Shown here: positions 38,802 to 50,541 of the stretch, piece after piece | Numbering within the stretch: the stretch's first letter is position 1 | How the letters are laid out: every line of letters starts with the position of its first letter | DNA from: Gemmatimonadales bacterium | Lineage (GTDB): Bacteria; Gemmatimonadota; Gemmatimonadetes; Gemmatimonadales; GWC2-71-9 | Assembly: GCA_965249575.1 (NCBI GenBank) | Contig: OZ252244.1 | Coordinates: 2,336,001-2,400,000, forward strand | Length of the DNA: 64,000 nucleotides | Direction: 5' to 3' | Position numbers and translations under genes: made by a program | Notes under the pieces: model-generated | What the model saw: only the letters and a program-made list of their open reading frames with translations | The model's database searches: none | What the model was told of the DNA's origin: nothing

Positions 38802-39923
38802 TTGGGTTCCATCGCTGATTTCCTCGCCGTATGGCGGACGACGGTGGTCGGCGGACGCGAGATCATCGACGCTCTCGTCCACCCCGATCACCGCGGGCCA
38901 TCCCCCGATCTCAAACGAGCGCTGGAGCAGTGGCCGGGACCTCACTACTGGTCACCGGGGGACGGTCCAGGCCGCTTGGTCTTGATTCGGGCGCTCGCTC
39001 CCCCGACTCGAGAGCGGTGGTGGCTGCATCTGACCCTGTTCGCGGTCACGTTCGTGACGGTGGCCATCGGCGGGGCGCTCATCGCGGGTGCGGAGCCCCG
39101 CTGGTCGGTGCCGGCGGCGGGAGGGTTCGCCCATTGGAGCGCCGCGGTCCTCGACTGGGGCCTGTCACTAGGGCCCGGGCTCGAGTTCGCGATGGCGCTA
39201 CTGGGCATTCTCCTCGCCCACGAGTGCGGGCACTACTTCTTGGCGAAGCGATACGCCATCAACGTGTCCCCTCCGTACTTCCTGCCGGCGCCACCGCCGT
39301 GGATCTTTCTCGGCACGCTCGGAGCGTTCATTCGTCTCCGAAGCCCCGTCGTCGATCGACGCCAGCTGATGGACGTCGGCGCCGCCGGCCCCTGGGTCGG
39401 CTTCATCGCCGCGCTGCTGGTCTTGGGCTACGGTCTGTCGATCAGCGAGCCCGTAGCGGCCGGGGGACGCGGGGGCGTGATGGTCATGCCCGAGGCGCCG
39501 CTCTATCCCACGCTGTTCCTCGGCGACTCGTTGGTAGTGGCCGGCCTTCGGCTACTGATCGTAGGTGACGGAGCAGTACGCCTTCATCCCCTGGCGCTCG
39601 CCGGCTGGCTGGGCGTCTTCGTCACCATGCTGAACCTGCTGCCATTCGGGCAACTGGACGGGGGGCATGTGCTCTACGCCCTGCTGGGTAGGCGTCAGCG
39701 CCTCGTCGGAACGCTCACCTGGCTCGCGCTGGTCGTCATGGGCTACTGGTTCTGGGGCTGGTGGATTTGGGCCGTCCTCACCTTACTCCTGGGACGCGGT
39801 CGCCTCGCGCACCCGTCGGTCCTGGACCGAGTGCGTCCGGTGCCATCGAGCAGACGGTGGCTCGGCTGGGCGACTGTAGCCCTGTTCGTTCTCACGTTTA
39901 CGCCCGTTCCGTTCCATCCCTGA
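38802..39923 (+). CDS. site-2 protease (peptidase M50)
   Basis: HECGH, GAAGP, NLLPFGQLDGGH; multiple TM segments. Confidence 0.92.
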   Translation: MGSIADFLAVWRTTVVGGREIIDALVHPDHRGPSPDLKRALEQWPGPHYWSPGDGPGRLVLIRALAPPTRERWWLHLTLFAVTFVTVAIGGALIAGAEPRWSVPAAGGFAHWSAAVLDWGLSLGPGLEFAMALLGILLAHECGHYFLAKRYAINVSPPYFLPAPPPWIFLGTLGAFIRLRSPVVDRRQLMDVGAAGPWVGFIAALLVLGYGLSISEPVAAGGRGGVMVMPEAPLYPTLFLGDSLVVAGLRLLIVGDGAVRLHPLALAGWLGVFVTMLNLLPFGQLDGGHVLYALLGRRQRLVGTLTWLALVVMGYWFWGWWIWAVLTLLLGRGRLAHPSVLDRVRPVPSSRRWLGWATVALFVLTFTPVPFHP

Positions 39924-39987
39924 GCTGGCTGGTCGCCGCACTCCGGTCAGCAGCCCGTGTCGGCTGCGTGTGACTGATTGCTCACTA

Positions 39988-40015
39988 TTGCGTAAGTATC
40001 AGGCATCATTATATT
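39988..40015 (+). promoter_or_regulatory. sigma70-type promoter; TTGCGTAA occurs twice
   Basis: TTGCGT-16 nt-TATATT in an AT-rich intergenic region. Confidence 0.45.
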
Positions 40016-40039
40016 TGCGTAAACCAGCGGAGTAATCGC

Positions 40040-40327
40040 ATGGCCGCGAATCCGGCGCGGTATGGCGCCCCAAATCCATCAGATCCGGTAATCCACGAAC
40101 TGGCACCCATGAAGTACGCCGGTGGCGAGGTCGCCGTGCGGCTCGAGGTGCGATGGGTGGACGATGGGTCGCTCACCGGCCGTCTTCTGTTCGGCCCGCC
40201 AGATGCGGCCGAATCGCTCGCGACAGCGGAGATTTTTTGTGCGGCGAACGAAAAGGATCTCTGGCAAGCGGTGACCGACCTGAGCGACCATCATCTGCGC
40301 GACCTCTATCGATCGGTCGCCGAATGA
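40040..40327 (+). CDS. small hypothetical protein
   Basis: GGAG SD; its stop overlaps the next ATG; alternative start at 40109. Confidence 0.6.
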   Translation: MAANPARYGAPNPSDPVIHELAPMKYAGGEVAVRLEVRWVDDGSLTGRLLFGPPDAAESLATAEIFCAANEKDLWQAVTDLSDHHLRDLYRSVAE

Positions 40328-40521
40328 CCGACGCCGTGGGCTCCAACGGCGAGGAAATGCGAAAGCTGCGCCACGACCTCTCCAATCCCCTCTCGGCGAT
40401 ACTCGCCGAGACGCAACTCCTTCTGCTCAACCCGGAATCCCTCAACGATGAGACCGCCACAGGGCTCAGGGAGATCGAGAGCCTGGCCCGTCGCATGCGC
40501 GGTATCCTCCAGCGGCGGTAG
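40324..40521 (+). CDS. stand-alone HisKA (DHp) domain protein, 65 aa
   Basis: H-box LRHDLSNPLSAILA plus a second helix; no catalytic ATP-binding domain. Confidence 0.8.
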   Translation: MTDAVGSNGEEMRKLRHDLSNPLSAILAETQLLLLNPESLNDETATGLREIESLARRMRGILQRR

Positions 40522-40670
40522 CGTCGCCAGAATCCTGAAGGTTCCACTAGCCAACGCGGCCCGGGTTGGGGCACGACAAGCGTTGCGCGAAAACCACAAC
40601 GCGTGACTCCCGGATTGAGGTCAGTCACCGTCCTGCCACGGGTGCTCGCCCGTATCCACAATACAACGTC

Positions 40671-40773
40671 TAAATGATTGTTTCATAACGCTTTAAAATG
40701 TATCGAACTGGAGGGGTCGGCTGGATCCCGTCATGGCGAAATCCAGCACGCGCACTGCGGTTCGAACATTGCG
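40671..40773 (+). promoter_or_regulatory. possible sigma54 promoter with an upstream IHF-like site
   Basis: GG-N10-GC (cGGTTCGAACATTGC, 40758-40772); AAACAATCATTTA on the minus strand at 40671-40683 is one mismatch from WATCAANNNNTTR. Confidence 0.3.
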
Positions 40774-40896
40774 AGCGAGATGAGGCAGAAGCGGCGTGGG
40801 TCAGCCTTGACGGTGCCAGTGCGGGTCGCCATGTTGACCCCCCGCTTGAAGCACGATCTGCTCGTTCCTAAACGGAAGGCCAACCGGAGTTTAGCT

Positions 40897-42257
40897 ATGC
40901 ACTTCGCCTCCGCTGGCGCCACCATCGTTCGGGCTGCCATGCTCGCGCCCGCGGTGCTGGCCACAATGGCGCTTTCCGGCTGTGCCGGACGGGGTCAGGC
41001 CGAAGTCTCGCCTGCTGAGATCCCCGATCTCGAGGCGAGGGTTGCCGAGCGCCCCGACGATGGAGCCCTCGTCTTGCGATATGCCGCTGCGCTCTTTGCA
41101 GCCGAGCGCTGTGAAACGGCGATGGATGTCGCACGGAGGGGAGCCACTCTTGCTCCATCGAACGCCATCGGCCCCCTAGTGATCGGGCAGTGCCAGGAGC
41201 GGGCCGATCAGTACGACGACGCCATCGCGACGTATGGGACGTTCCTGGCCGAGCACGGGGAAGGACGTGGGGCTGGGGCGGTTCGCGCCCGCGATATGTT
41301 CGCCCGGCGGCTTCTGGCGAGCACGCGTGCAAGGCAGGCGCTCCAGCAGGAGCAGGCGCTGGCGACGCAGCCGGCCGATCCGCAGACCGCGTCGCGGTGC
41401 TTCCACTGGAGATCTCGGGCGACACGGCATATCAGCCTCTCTCACGGGGTCTCGCGCAGATCATCGCGTTTGACCTCGCCCTGCTTCAGCGCTTCCGCAT
41501 GGTAGAGCGGATGCAGATCGGAGCCCTCCTCGACGAGCTCGACCTCGGGCAAGACGCGAGGGTGGACGGGGCGACGGCGGCGCGTCTAGGACGGTCGGTG
41601 CGAGCCGGCAGACTGGTGCAGGGGGTTGCCGCGATCCCGCCCAATGAAGACGTCCGCCTCGAGGCCAGCGTCGTTCTCGCCTCGGGGGAGGTGAGCGACG
41701 CCGAGACCGTGAGTGGGCGGCTCCGGGATCTCCTCAGAATTGAAAAGGACCTCGTCGTCGCATTGGCGGGCCAGTTGGGTTACACGCTCTCAGAAGCCGA
41801 GCGCCGGGCGGTACTGGAGAACGGTACGCAAAACCTAGCCGCCTTCCTCGCCTACTCTCGCGGTCTGGTTGCGGAGGACTTAGGCGATTATTCTCGGGCT
41901 GCTGCCTATTTCTCGCAGGCGGTCCAGGCCGATCCCGGCTTCCAAGAGGCCAGAGAGGAATATCAGGCGTCGAACTCTGCGGAGGAGGGCCAACAGGCAT
42001 CCGCGGGGCAGGTCACCACGGTAGCGTCCGCACCCCCGCCACCCCCGCCACCCCCGGACCCGGTGAGTGGGGCGCTCGGCGCGGGGGTCACGGACCTTGC
42101 GGCGACGCAGGCCGAGCAGACCGAACCGACTGTGAGCCAACAGACGACCCAGCAGGCCACTACGACGCCCACGTCCGATCCTCCCCCCACCGTTGTCGAT
42201 CAGGAGTTGATCACGGGAAGCGTGGGTACCATCAACATCATCTTCCGACTGCCATGA
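40897..42257 (+). pseudogene. lipoprotein with TPR and CsgG/TolB-N-like domains; frameshift at about 41389
   Basis: LSGC lipobox and TPR-like helices; second frame VAVLPL...FRMVER..IGALLDEL..AARLGR..A.RLVQG, then TPR and a Pro/Thr/Gln linker. Confidence 0.75.
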
Positions 42258-43387
42258 GACGCTCAATCGCATTCTCCGTCCTCGCCCTCTCGGCGGTCGG
42301 TGCGCCCCGGCTTGCCGCGCAGACGCCGGTTACCGTCCGGAGTGCCGTGTTGTTCGAGAACTATGATTTCGATCCCGGCCTGGCATTCGTCCGGGTGAGG
42401 GAGATGACCGTACCGGTGGCGATCAACGTCGGGCTGGGCTCTCGCGCCGCGCTGGCGCTCTCGAGCGGCTACGCGCAGGTCGATCTCACAAGAGGCGACC
42501 CTTCGCTGTCCGACCAGTCCATTTCCGGGATGCTCGATACGCAGGCGCGCTTGACGATTCAGATCGTTCCCGGGCGACTGCTGTTCATCACGACCGGCAC
42601 GATCCCCACTGGGGCCAAGACCGTCCAGCAGGAGGAATTGGCCATCCTCGGCGCCCTCGCGAGCGATGTCATCGGGTTCTCCGCCGCCAATCTGGGATCG
42701 GGCGGAAACGTCGGTGGCGGCATCGCGGGCGCCATCCCCGTGGGCGGGTTCGCCCTCGGTTTTGGGGCTACGTTCAGGCGCCCCATTTCGTACGACCCGG
42801 TTCAGGGCCAAACCCGGAGCCTTCAGCCGGGCGCGGAGTTCCGCTTCCGCGGCGGGCTCGAGGGTCCGATCGCCCGGAGGACCTACGTCCGCGTTGCGGG
42901 AATCTGGGCGCGCACGTCCAAGGACCAGGTCAACGGCGCGACGCAGAACGGCATCGGCAACCGGATAATCGGTTACGTGTCGTTGAATCACGGTGTGGGC
43001 CCCGCCTCGATTACCATTTAGGGATTCGACGTGTTCCGCGGCGACCCGCAGGTCCAGGCCACCGCCACGGGCGCGGCCCTCCTGCCGCGTGGCAACCTGA
43101 TCGCGGGAGGTGCGCGTATCGATTTGGCGGTAGCCTCGAGGACGACGTTCTCCCCCCGCGCGGAATACCGGAGATCGACAGCGGCACCCGATCCCACGGC
43201 GTCCAATCTCGAGTTCCTGGGGCGTTCATTGCGGGTTGGAGCTGACTTCCGGCAAACGCTGGCTCGCGGGCTTGCGCTGATCCTCCAGGGTAGCGGGGTC
43301 TCTGGAAAGGTCGCCCGTCCGGGTGCGGCCAGTGCCGTCTCTTTCAGCGGATACCGGGCAGCGTTGCATCTCGAAGTGAGGCCGTAG
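42254..43387 (+). pseudogene. outer-membrane beta-barrel protein with an in-frame TAG at 43019-43021
   Basis: Signal peptide and alternating beta-strands; the 43031-43387 ORF is in the same frame and ends LHLEVRP. Confidence 0.7.
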
Positions 43388-43601
43388 TGGTCCGGCGGCC
43401 TTGGCAGGATCGTATCGATTCGAGCGGCTAACCGTGCCCTCGATGCGATGGCAGGATGGAGGCGCAGCGTGGTCTCTATCTTCTAGCCCCCGTGAACGCG
43501 CGGGCGGCGCAACCGCACCCCCATCAACCCGCGTGATTCTGTGACGGCTGCGTGTTACCCGGAGACTAATCATTAATACCGGTCGCCCGAGGCTCGCCGC
43601 G

Positions 43602-46600
43602 GTGTGCCGCGCCTTCCCACGTATCGCCGTGCTGGGAGCGATCGTGGCACTCGTTGCCACGTGCGATGACATCCCCTTCGAGCCGGGAATGGAAGTTCAG
43701 GCGAACTTCGACGTGAGCGCGTTGCTCCAGACCGCGGGCGACGCTCCCATCCCGATCGACGAAGTGATTGTCCGGATCACTCGGGAAGATGGTGAGCTGG
43801 CCCTCCAGGAGTCCTACGATCCAGACTCATTGGTGCCGGCCCCGGGCGACAGCGTGTCGATTCGAGTAATGGTTTCCCTCCGGGGCAGCAGCGAGACGTT
43901 CGACTACACCGTCACGTTGGTTGGGGGCGGGTTCAACTGGTTCGTCGTAACCGGTACGGTAACCGTAGCCGCGGGCACGCCCGCGACCACCGCACCGACC
44001 ACGGCTTCGTATGTTGGTCCCGGGGCCAACGCGACGAGCGTCATAATATCCCTCGGCGATACGACGATTACCGGCGGGGACAGTATTCTCGTCTCCGCTG
44101 CGGTGTTCGAGAACCAGACTGAAATCCCCGAAGCCCCCGTCTATTTCGAGTCGAGCGACGAGACCAAGGTCGCCAAGCCCGTCCAGGCTGGCCGCAACCA
44201 GGCGTGGGTTTTCGCGCCCGCGGGGCCTTGACGGACAACGTGACGATCACAGCGCACGCGGTGGTTGGCGCACCGCCACCGGCCGGCTTCTCGACGATTA
44301 CAGATGCCGGGACGCTCCGGTTCTTTGCCCGCCCGTCGCAGCTCACTTTGACATCGGGTAACGGCCAGCAGATCGCGGCTGGCACGGCGGCGCCCGGACC
44401 CCTCATCGTGCAGGTAATCGACGCCGCCGGCAATCCGTTTGCGCGCGGCTTCCCAGTCGCATTCGCAGTCGTGAGTGGACCTCCGGGAACGACTGTGAGC
44501 CCCGATACGGTTGTCACCGACTCCATGGGCTTCGCGCAGGCGTCGTTGACGGCCGGCCCGGCAGCCGGTGCCATTCAGGTGAGCGCGACGGGCGTAGGTC
44601 TGTCGGGCTCGCCCGTCCTGTTCACCGCCACCGCCCTCGCCGGAATGGGGAACGTCGCGAGCATCGATGTGACGCCAGATTCCGCCGTCGCCGGGGCGGT
44701 AGGCGACAGCGTCGCTTACATGGCGACGTGCCAGGACAGCACGAGCGCGGTCGTGACCTGCGGGAGCGTCGCGTGGATGTCGCTCACGCCTGCCGTTGCC
44801 TCGATGGACACCGCAGGGTACGCGCACGCGCTGGCCCCCGGTGTGGCTGAAGTCGTCGGCGCCGCCGGTGGTGTGGCCGACACGGCGAAATTCGTGGTCA
44901 ACGGCATCGGATCGCTCTCCGTGTCGCCGCTCGATACGGTGGTCACGGCCATTGGCGATACCGCGCAGATGTCAGTGAGCGGGAATCTCGTGGATGGCGG
45001 GACCGTCGCTCTGCCTACCGACACGGTTGTGTGGCAGTCACTCACTCCGGCGGTCGTGCTCGTCGACGCCCAGGGCATCGCCCGAATTGTGGGCGCGGGG
45101 AACGGCACCGTGCAGGCAACACTCAGCGGGGCCGCGGGCACTGGCGTTCTGCGAGTGCAGCAGGCGCCGGTCAGCTTCACGGTGACGCCGGCCACGGTGA
45201 TCATCGGTGTGGGCGGCCAGGCCAACTTCACGGGCCGCACCTTCGACCGGCGCGGCTTCCCGATCCCGGGGCGGACGGTGTCCTGGATGTCCCTCGATCC
45301 CACCATCGCCGATGTCGACATGACCGGTCGCGTCACGGGCGTTCGTATCGGCGGGGTCCTCATCGAGGGGACCGACTCCACGTTTGCGGACTCGGCATTC
45401 GTCGACGTCGTGGCTGCACCCCCACAAGTCATTCAGTGGGGTGCGGATTCCATCGGCGTGGGTCGCGGCGCCACCCTACAGCAGGCCATCCTGCTCTCGG
45501 TGCCGCCGACCTCGAACGTCGTCGTCGACATCGTGTCGAGCGACAGGCTGATCCTCAAACCGACGACGCCGACGGTCACGTTCTTCCAGGGCCAGACCAA
45601 TCGTACCGTAACGTTCCAGGGGCGGGCCGCCGGCCGAGTCACCGTGACGGCGACCGATCAGGGAGCCCTGTACGCCCCGGACACTGCCATCGTGGACGTT
45701 CTCTCCACGATCGAGTTCCGGAACGTCTCGAACCCGACGGTCCGGGCGACGAGCTTCAGCCTGAACTCCGCGGAATCGCGCAGGGTGCTGGTCTTCCTAT
45801 CCGACCCGGCGCCTCCCGCCGGATTGGCCGTCACGATCGAGACGCTGGATCAGCTGGTGTCGGTCGGCTCGCCGACCACGGTCCTTATTCCGGGCGGCCA
45901 GCTCTCCGCGGAAGCGGACCTCCAGGGCACCGGCGTTGGATCCACGACCCTGACCCCAACAGCCGCGGGCTTCGTGGGCTTGCCGTCCACGGTGACGACG
46001 TTCCTCGCGCAGTTCACCGTGACGCTCTCGTCCCCGTTCGTCCCACGCGTCGGTGTCGGCCAGTACGCCTTCGTGAGGGTCAACGTACCGAACCGGATGG
46101 ACCGCGGCACCCTGGTGGACTTGGCCACGACGGTCCCAGGTGTCGGGCAGGTGCCGGATAGCCTGACCGTCCGGGCCAACGTGTTCAACGAGACCTTCAC
46201 GTACACCGGCCTCCAGACGGGGCTCGACACGATCACGGCCAACCGGAGCGGCTGGGTGGAGGGCCGTTTGGCGATGACCGTGACGACGCCAAGGGTGCGG
46301 CCACGCGGGTTCGGAACGCTGACCGCAGGCGGCCCGCCCCAGTTCTGGACAGTGGATGTCTTGGACTCGGTCGGCACCGGGCACCGGCGAGTCGATTCGC
46401 TCACCGTGACAGTGACGTCGCGGGATTCGGCGGTCGCGGCGGTAGATGTCCCGACCGGCATCATCCTGCCGGACAACCAAGTCGTGTCGGCGGGCAACGC
46501 CGTGCGTCCGGTCGGCGGCGGTATGACATACATCGTCGCGACCGCGCCCGGGCATCTGCCGGACTCGGTCCAGGTCACCGTCCAGGGGCCGAAGCTCAGC

Positions 46601-48958
46601 GTGTTCGTGTTCTCGCCGGGACGGACCGGCACCCGTCAGACGATCGACGGCCGGGTCCAGCTGCCGTTCTCTGTCCCGATGCCGTTAACCGTTGACCTGA
46701 CGATGCAATATCCCGACACGGCGACGGCGCCGGCTTCCGTTTCCATCCCGGCCAACCAGTCGTTGAGCAACTTCACGATCACCGGCGTGGCGCCTGGCAG
46801 AACATCGATCTTCGCGACCGCCAGCGGGTACGAGCCCGACACAACGACCGTGCTGATAACTACGAACCGCCTGTTCCAGTCGAGTCTCGGCAACAGCTAT
46901 TTCCTCACCACGGGATCTGATGCGTTCACGTTGCGGACCGGCGACCAGTTCGGATCACTGCACCCGAGCCTCGATACGGTCACGATCACCTTGGACACGA
47001 GCGATCCGAGCATCTTCACGATCGACTCCGCTACGGTTACGGTGCCTGCCGGGCAGATCACGTCGTCGACGGCAGTGATCCAGTTCGCCGACACGGGACA
47101 GGCGTGGGTGCGGTGGAGCGCCCCGAACCACCTAACCGACTCGATGTCGGTCACCGTCAATCCGTCGGCGCTGACACTCACCGCGACCCCGGGTCGGGTG
47201 GGTGAGGGCCAGTACTTGTTTGGTACCGTTCGTATCCCGAGTCCCAACGGTCTCCCGGACACCGTGGACATCACGCTCACACACCTCGGAATCGTCCGGG
47301 GGACAGTGCCCGGCATGGTCGAGATTCCGCCGCCGAGCTCGCAGACGAGCTTCCAGTGGGACGGCACCGTGGCGGGGCGGGACACTATCGTCGCCAATGC
47401 AACGAGCTTCATTCCGGACACGATCTCGCTGTGGGTCACGAGACCACACCTATTCATCCGGAATCTGCCGGCGAGCGTGGTGGTAGACGACACGGTGTTC
47501 GCGACGGTCTACCCAACTGACTCACTGTCTGGCAACGGGTCGTCCCCAGTGTCGTCCACTATTCACCCTGTGACGGACACACTCTTGGTGACGGTGACGT
47601 CGACCAATCCCATGGTGTTGGCCGTCGATTCGACGCCAACGTGGAGAATCAACCCGGGCGGGACTGTGGTTCAGCCGCGCATCATCGTCGCAGGTCCTGG
47701 CTCTGCACAGATCATCGTGAACGCTCCGGGGAACTACAAGCCCGACACCACGGCTGTCACAGTCGCGACAGCTCCTGCCATCACGATATTACCGTCGAGC
47801 CTGACCCTGGGGACCGGGCAGCAATCCCGGTCCTATCGGGCGATCATCCCGAACGGTGTAGCCACGGTTACCAGGGTCGGCCTTGGGTTCTCAGCCCCGG
47901 GCGTGGCGGGGTTCGACAACGTCCTGGCGGGTGACACGGTGGAGATCCCTGTGGGGCAGACGACCTCGTCCAGCTTCACGGTGTTTGCCCAAAACCAGGT
48001 GGCGTCGGTCAATGTCACTGCAGGGGCGCCGGGGTTCACAGGGGGCACGTCGGTTCTGATCGTGAACAATCCACAGCTCTCGGCTTCCGCGAGCGGCCAG
48101 GTCTACGTCGGCCAGGGGGCGGGGTCGGGGTTCCTCTCGGTCTCCACCCGGGATGAGACCGGAAGCACCCGCGAAGTCCGGAACCCACTCGCCGTCACGC
48201 TCACGTCAGATAGCCCAGCGGTGCTCACGGTCGACAGCGCCACGATCACCGTTCCAAGCAGCATTTCGTTCGCGAGCGGGACGTTCACCCCAGTCGCTGC
48301 GGGCACCGCGAGAATCGTCATGACGGCGCCGGGCTACACGCCGGACACGACGGCCCTCATCACGGTCTCGACTCCGCAGGTGACGCTCAATGCTCAGACC
48401 ACCGTGGGTGTAGGGCAGCAGTATACCGGCTCGGTGAGCATCCCGTTCGGCCTCCCGGCGTCGACCTCGCTGATCGTGACGCTCACCAACGACAAGGCAT
48501 CGGCCCTGACCGCGCCGGACACGCTGACGATCAACCAGTTCAGCTCGTTCCGGAGCTTCGTTGCGGTCGGGGCGGCAGCGGGGATCGCGACGCTGCAGGC
48601 AACCGCTCCGGGGTTCACGGCCTCGGCCCCCGTAACAACGGTCGTGGGCACGCCGGTTCTCGTGGTCAACGGCCCGACCAGCGGAACCGTGAACGGTTCC
48701 ACGAGTATCTCAATTTCCACCCGAGACCAGGCCAATTTCTCGAGAGCGGTGGATCAGCAGCTCACGGTCACGCTCATGGTCGATGATGACACGATCGCCA
48801 ACTTCGGCGGGCAGGCCCAGATGACCGTTACGGTATCGGCGGGAAGTTCGTTCAGTAATTCGGCGACGCTTAATTATGTGGGTGTGGGCACCGTGAACAT
48901 CACGGCCACGGCATCCGGCTACACGCCCGGGATGCAGTCCGTTACGGTGAATCCGTAG
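43602..48958 (+). CDS. giant Ig-like repeat surface lipoprotein (about 1780 aa); frameshift at about 44225
   Basis: LVATC lipobox; T/V/G/S-rich; Big_1-like (SGNGQ, VTDSMG.AQ) and Big_2-like (VSWMSLDPTIADVD..G.VTG) repeats, then about 190-aa tandem units. Confidence 0.85.
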
Positions 48959-50305
48959 GGTGGAGGACTCGGTGCGCCGAGGCTAACCCTTTCTTTTCGA
49001 GGGGGCAGGACGGTGCGCACCACAGTAGAAGTACGAGACAAGGCATCACGCCGTCCGTGGTCGCGGGCGGCTCTCGGGCTCACGCTCGCGGGCCTTCTTT
49101 CCCACTGTGGGAGCGACCCGGCGAGCGTCTCGCCGCCCGGCGCCATCTCACTTCGAGTGGATTCCACCATCGGGGTCGGCCATTTCGACAGCGCCACCGT
49201 CAGTATTCCATCCAATGCGACTGGTGTGGTGGTGACGCTGACCAACGACAATCCCTCGGCAATGGGCGCTCCTGATACGCTGACGATTGACGCGAGCTTA
49301 GGTGCGCGGAGGTTCTCGGCGGTCGGATTGGCACTGGGGACCGCAACACTCCAGGCAACCGCCCCGTCGTTCGAGGCCTCGATGCCGGTTACAGTCAGGG
49401 TGGGCCACCCGGACTTGGCCATTATGGGTTCTACGCGCGGAACCGTGGGCAGCTCAGCCCCCTTCGGGGTCGCCATCCGAGGACCCGATGGCAACCCGGG
49501 GAAAGTGAATTCACCGCTTCCCGTTACGTTTACGGTCGACGACATAAGCGTTGCGAACTTCGGCGGATCGGCCCAGACGACGGTCACCGTGCCGAGCGGT
49601 CAATCCGACTCGCAGGACGATCCTGCGTTTCTCTCGTTTGTGGGAGCGGGTGTCGTGTGGACGACGGCCACCGCGGCGCCCGAATACCCTCCTGAGATGG
49701 TGAGGACGACTGTCCTCCCCTCCCAGCTCGTCCTCCAATTGCAGATCCCGGATTCCACGATTGGGGTGGCCCAGTTCGACAGCGGAACGGTGGACCTAGG
49801 CTTCGACGCCGATACCGCCATCACCGTGACATTTACGAACGACAACCCGTCGGTCGTCAAGACTCCTACACTGACGATCTACCCTCCCTTCGACTTCGGG
49901 CGTTTCTCGGTGGTCGGGTTGGCACCGGGAACCGCCACCCTGCAAGCAAGCGCCCCCCGGTTTACGGACTCGAACCCCGTGACGGTCGAGGTGGGCACGC
50001 CCAGTCTGCAAATCAACACCAGTGGCGGGAGCGTGAATACCAACACTATCGTTGGGGTTAGCTCCTACGACCATACCGGGGAGCCGGGCAGAGTCGGCTC
50101 GCGGCTCACCGTTACGCTCACGGTGGACGACACCAGCGTCGCGAATTTCGCCGGGAGGGCCGAGGGGACCGCGGCTATATGGGGTGGGGAAACTAGCTCG
50201 GTGAACGAGCCCGCCTTCCTTTCGCTCGTGAGTCCAGGTGTCGTGAGGATATCGGCCACGGCGCCCGACTACGAAGCCGCGGTCGATTCGATCACCGTCC
50301 TTCCC
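48397..50305 (+). repeat. three diverged copies of an about 185-codon unit (about 48397-48955, 49163-49720, 49754-50305)
   Basis: Shared T[IV]GV[GA], VT[LF]TND, TL(T)I, ATLQA[TS]AP.F, VDD...ANF[GA]G and ATA motifs. Confidence 0.85.
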
Positions 50306-50308
50306 TGA
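49013..50308 (+). CDS. Ig-like repeat lipoprotein, paralogous to the C-terminus of the giant protein
   Basis: LSHC lipobox; two copies of the repeat unit. Confidence 0.8.
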   Translation: MRTTVEVRDKASRRPWSRAALGLTLAGLLSHCGSDPASVSPPGAISLRVDSTIGVGHFDSATVSIPSNATGVVVTLTNDNPSAMGAPDTLTIDASLGARRFSAVGLALGTATLQATAPSFEASMPVTVRVGHPDLAIMGSTRGTVGSSAPFGVAIRGPDGNPGKVNSPLPVTFTVDDISVANFGGSAQTTVTVPSGQSDSQDDPAFLSFVGAGVVWTTATAAPEYPPEMVRTTVLPSQLVLQLQIPDSTIGVAQFDSGTVDLGFDADTAITVTFTNDNPSVVKTPTLTIYPPFDFGRFSVVGLAPGTATLQASAPRFTDSNPVTVEVGTPSLQINTSGGSVNTNTIVGVSSYDHTGEPGRVGSRLTVTLTVDDTSVANFAGRAEGTAAIWGGETSSVNEPAFLSLVSPGVVRISATAPDYEAAVDSITVLP

Positions 50309-50541
50309 GTAGAACTCAGATTCCCGCTTTACGCCGTACAGTGCCGGCCCGGCTCTCCTGGGCGCTGCAGCCGATCTAACGGCAGGAACCAGCGTGGGAG
50401 CCGCGGGGTTTTCCGAGGTACATAGAGCGTCAATATGCCACTCCCGTTGAGCTCGAGAATTGCTCTCTCGCGGACTCCGCGGTAAGCTTGCCCCCTTAAC
50501 GTAGACCGGCTCCCCATCGTCATCCCGTTCCCGGAGGACCC

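Noticed and set aside
25513..43021. Stop-codon reassignment (TAA or TAG read as sense) to explain the two in-frame stops
   Set aside because: TAG and TAA end many intact genes here (PorX-like, argH, rho, thiE). Each case is one substitution from a sense codon (CAA; TAC/TAT).
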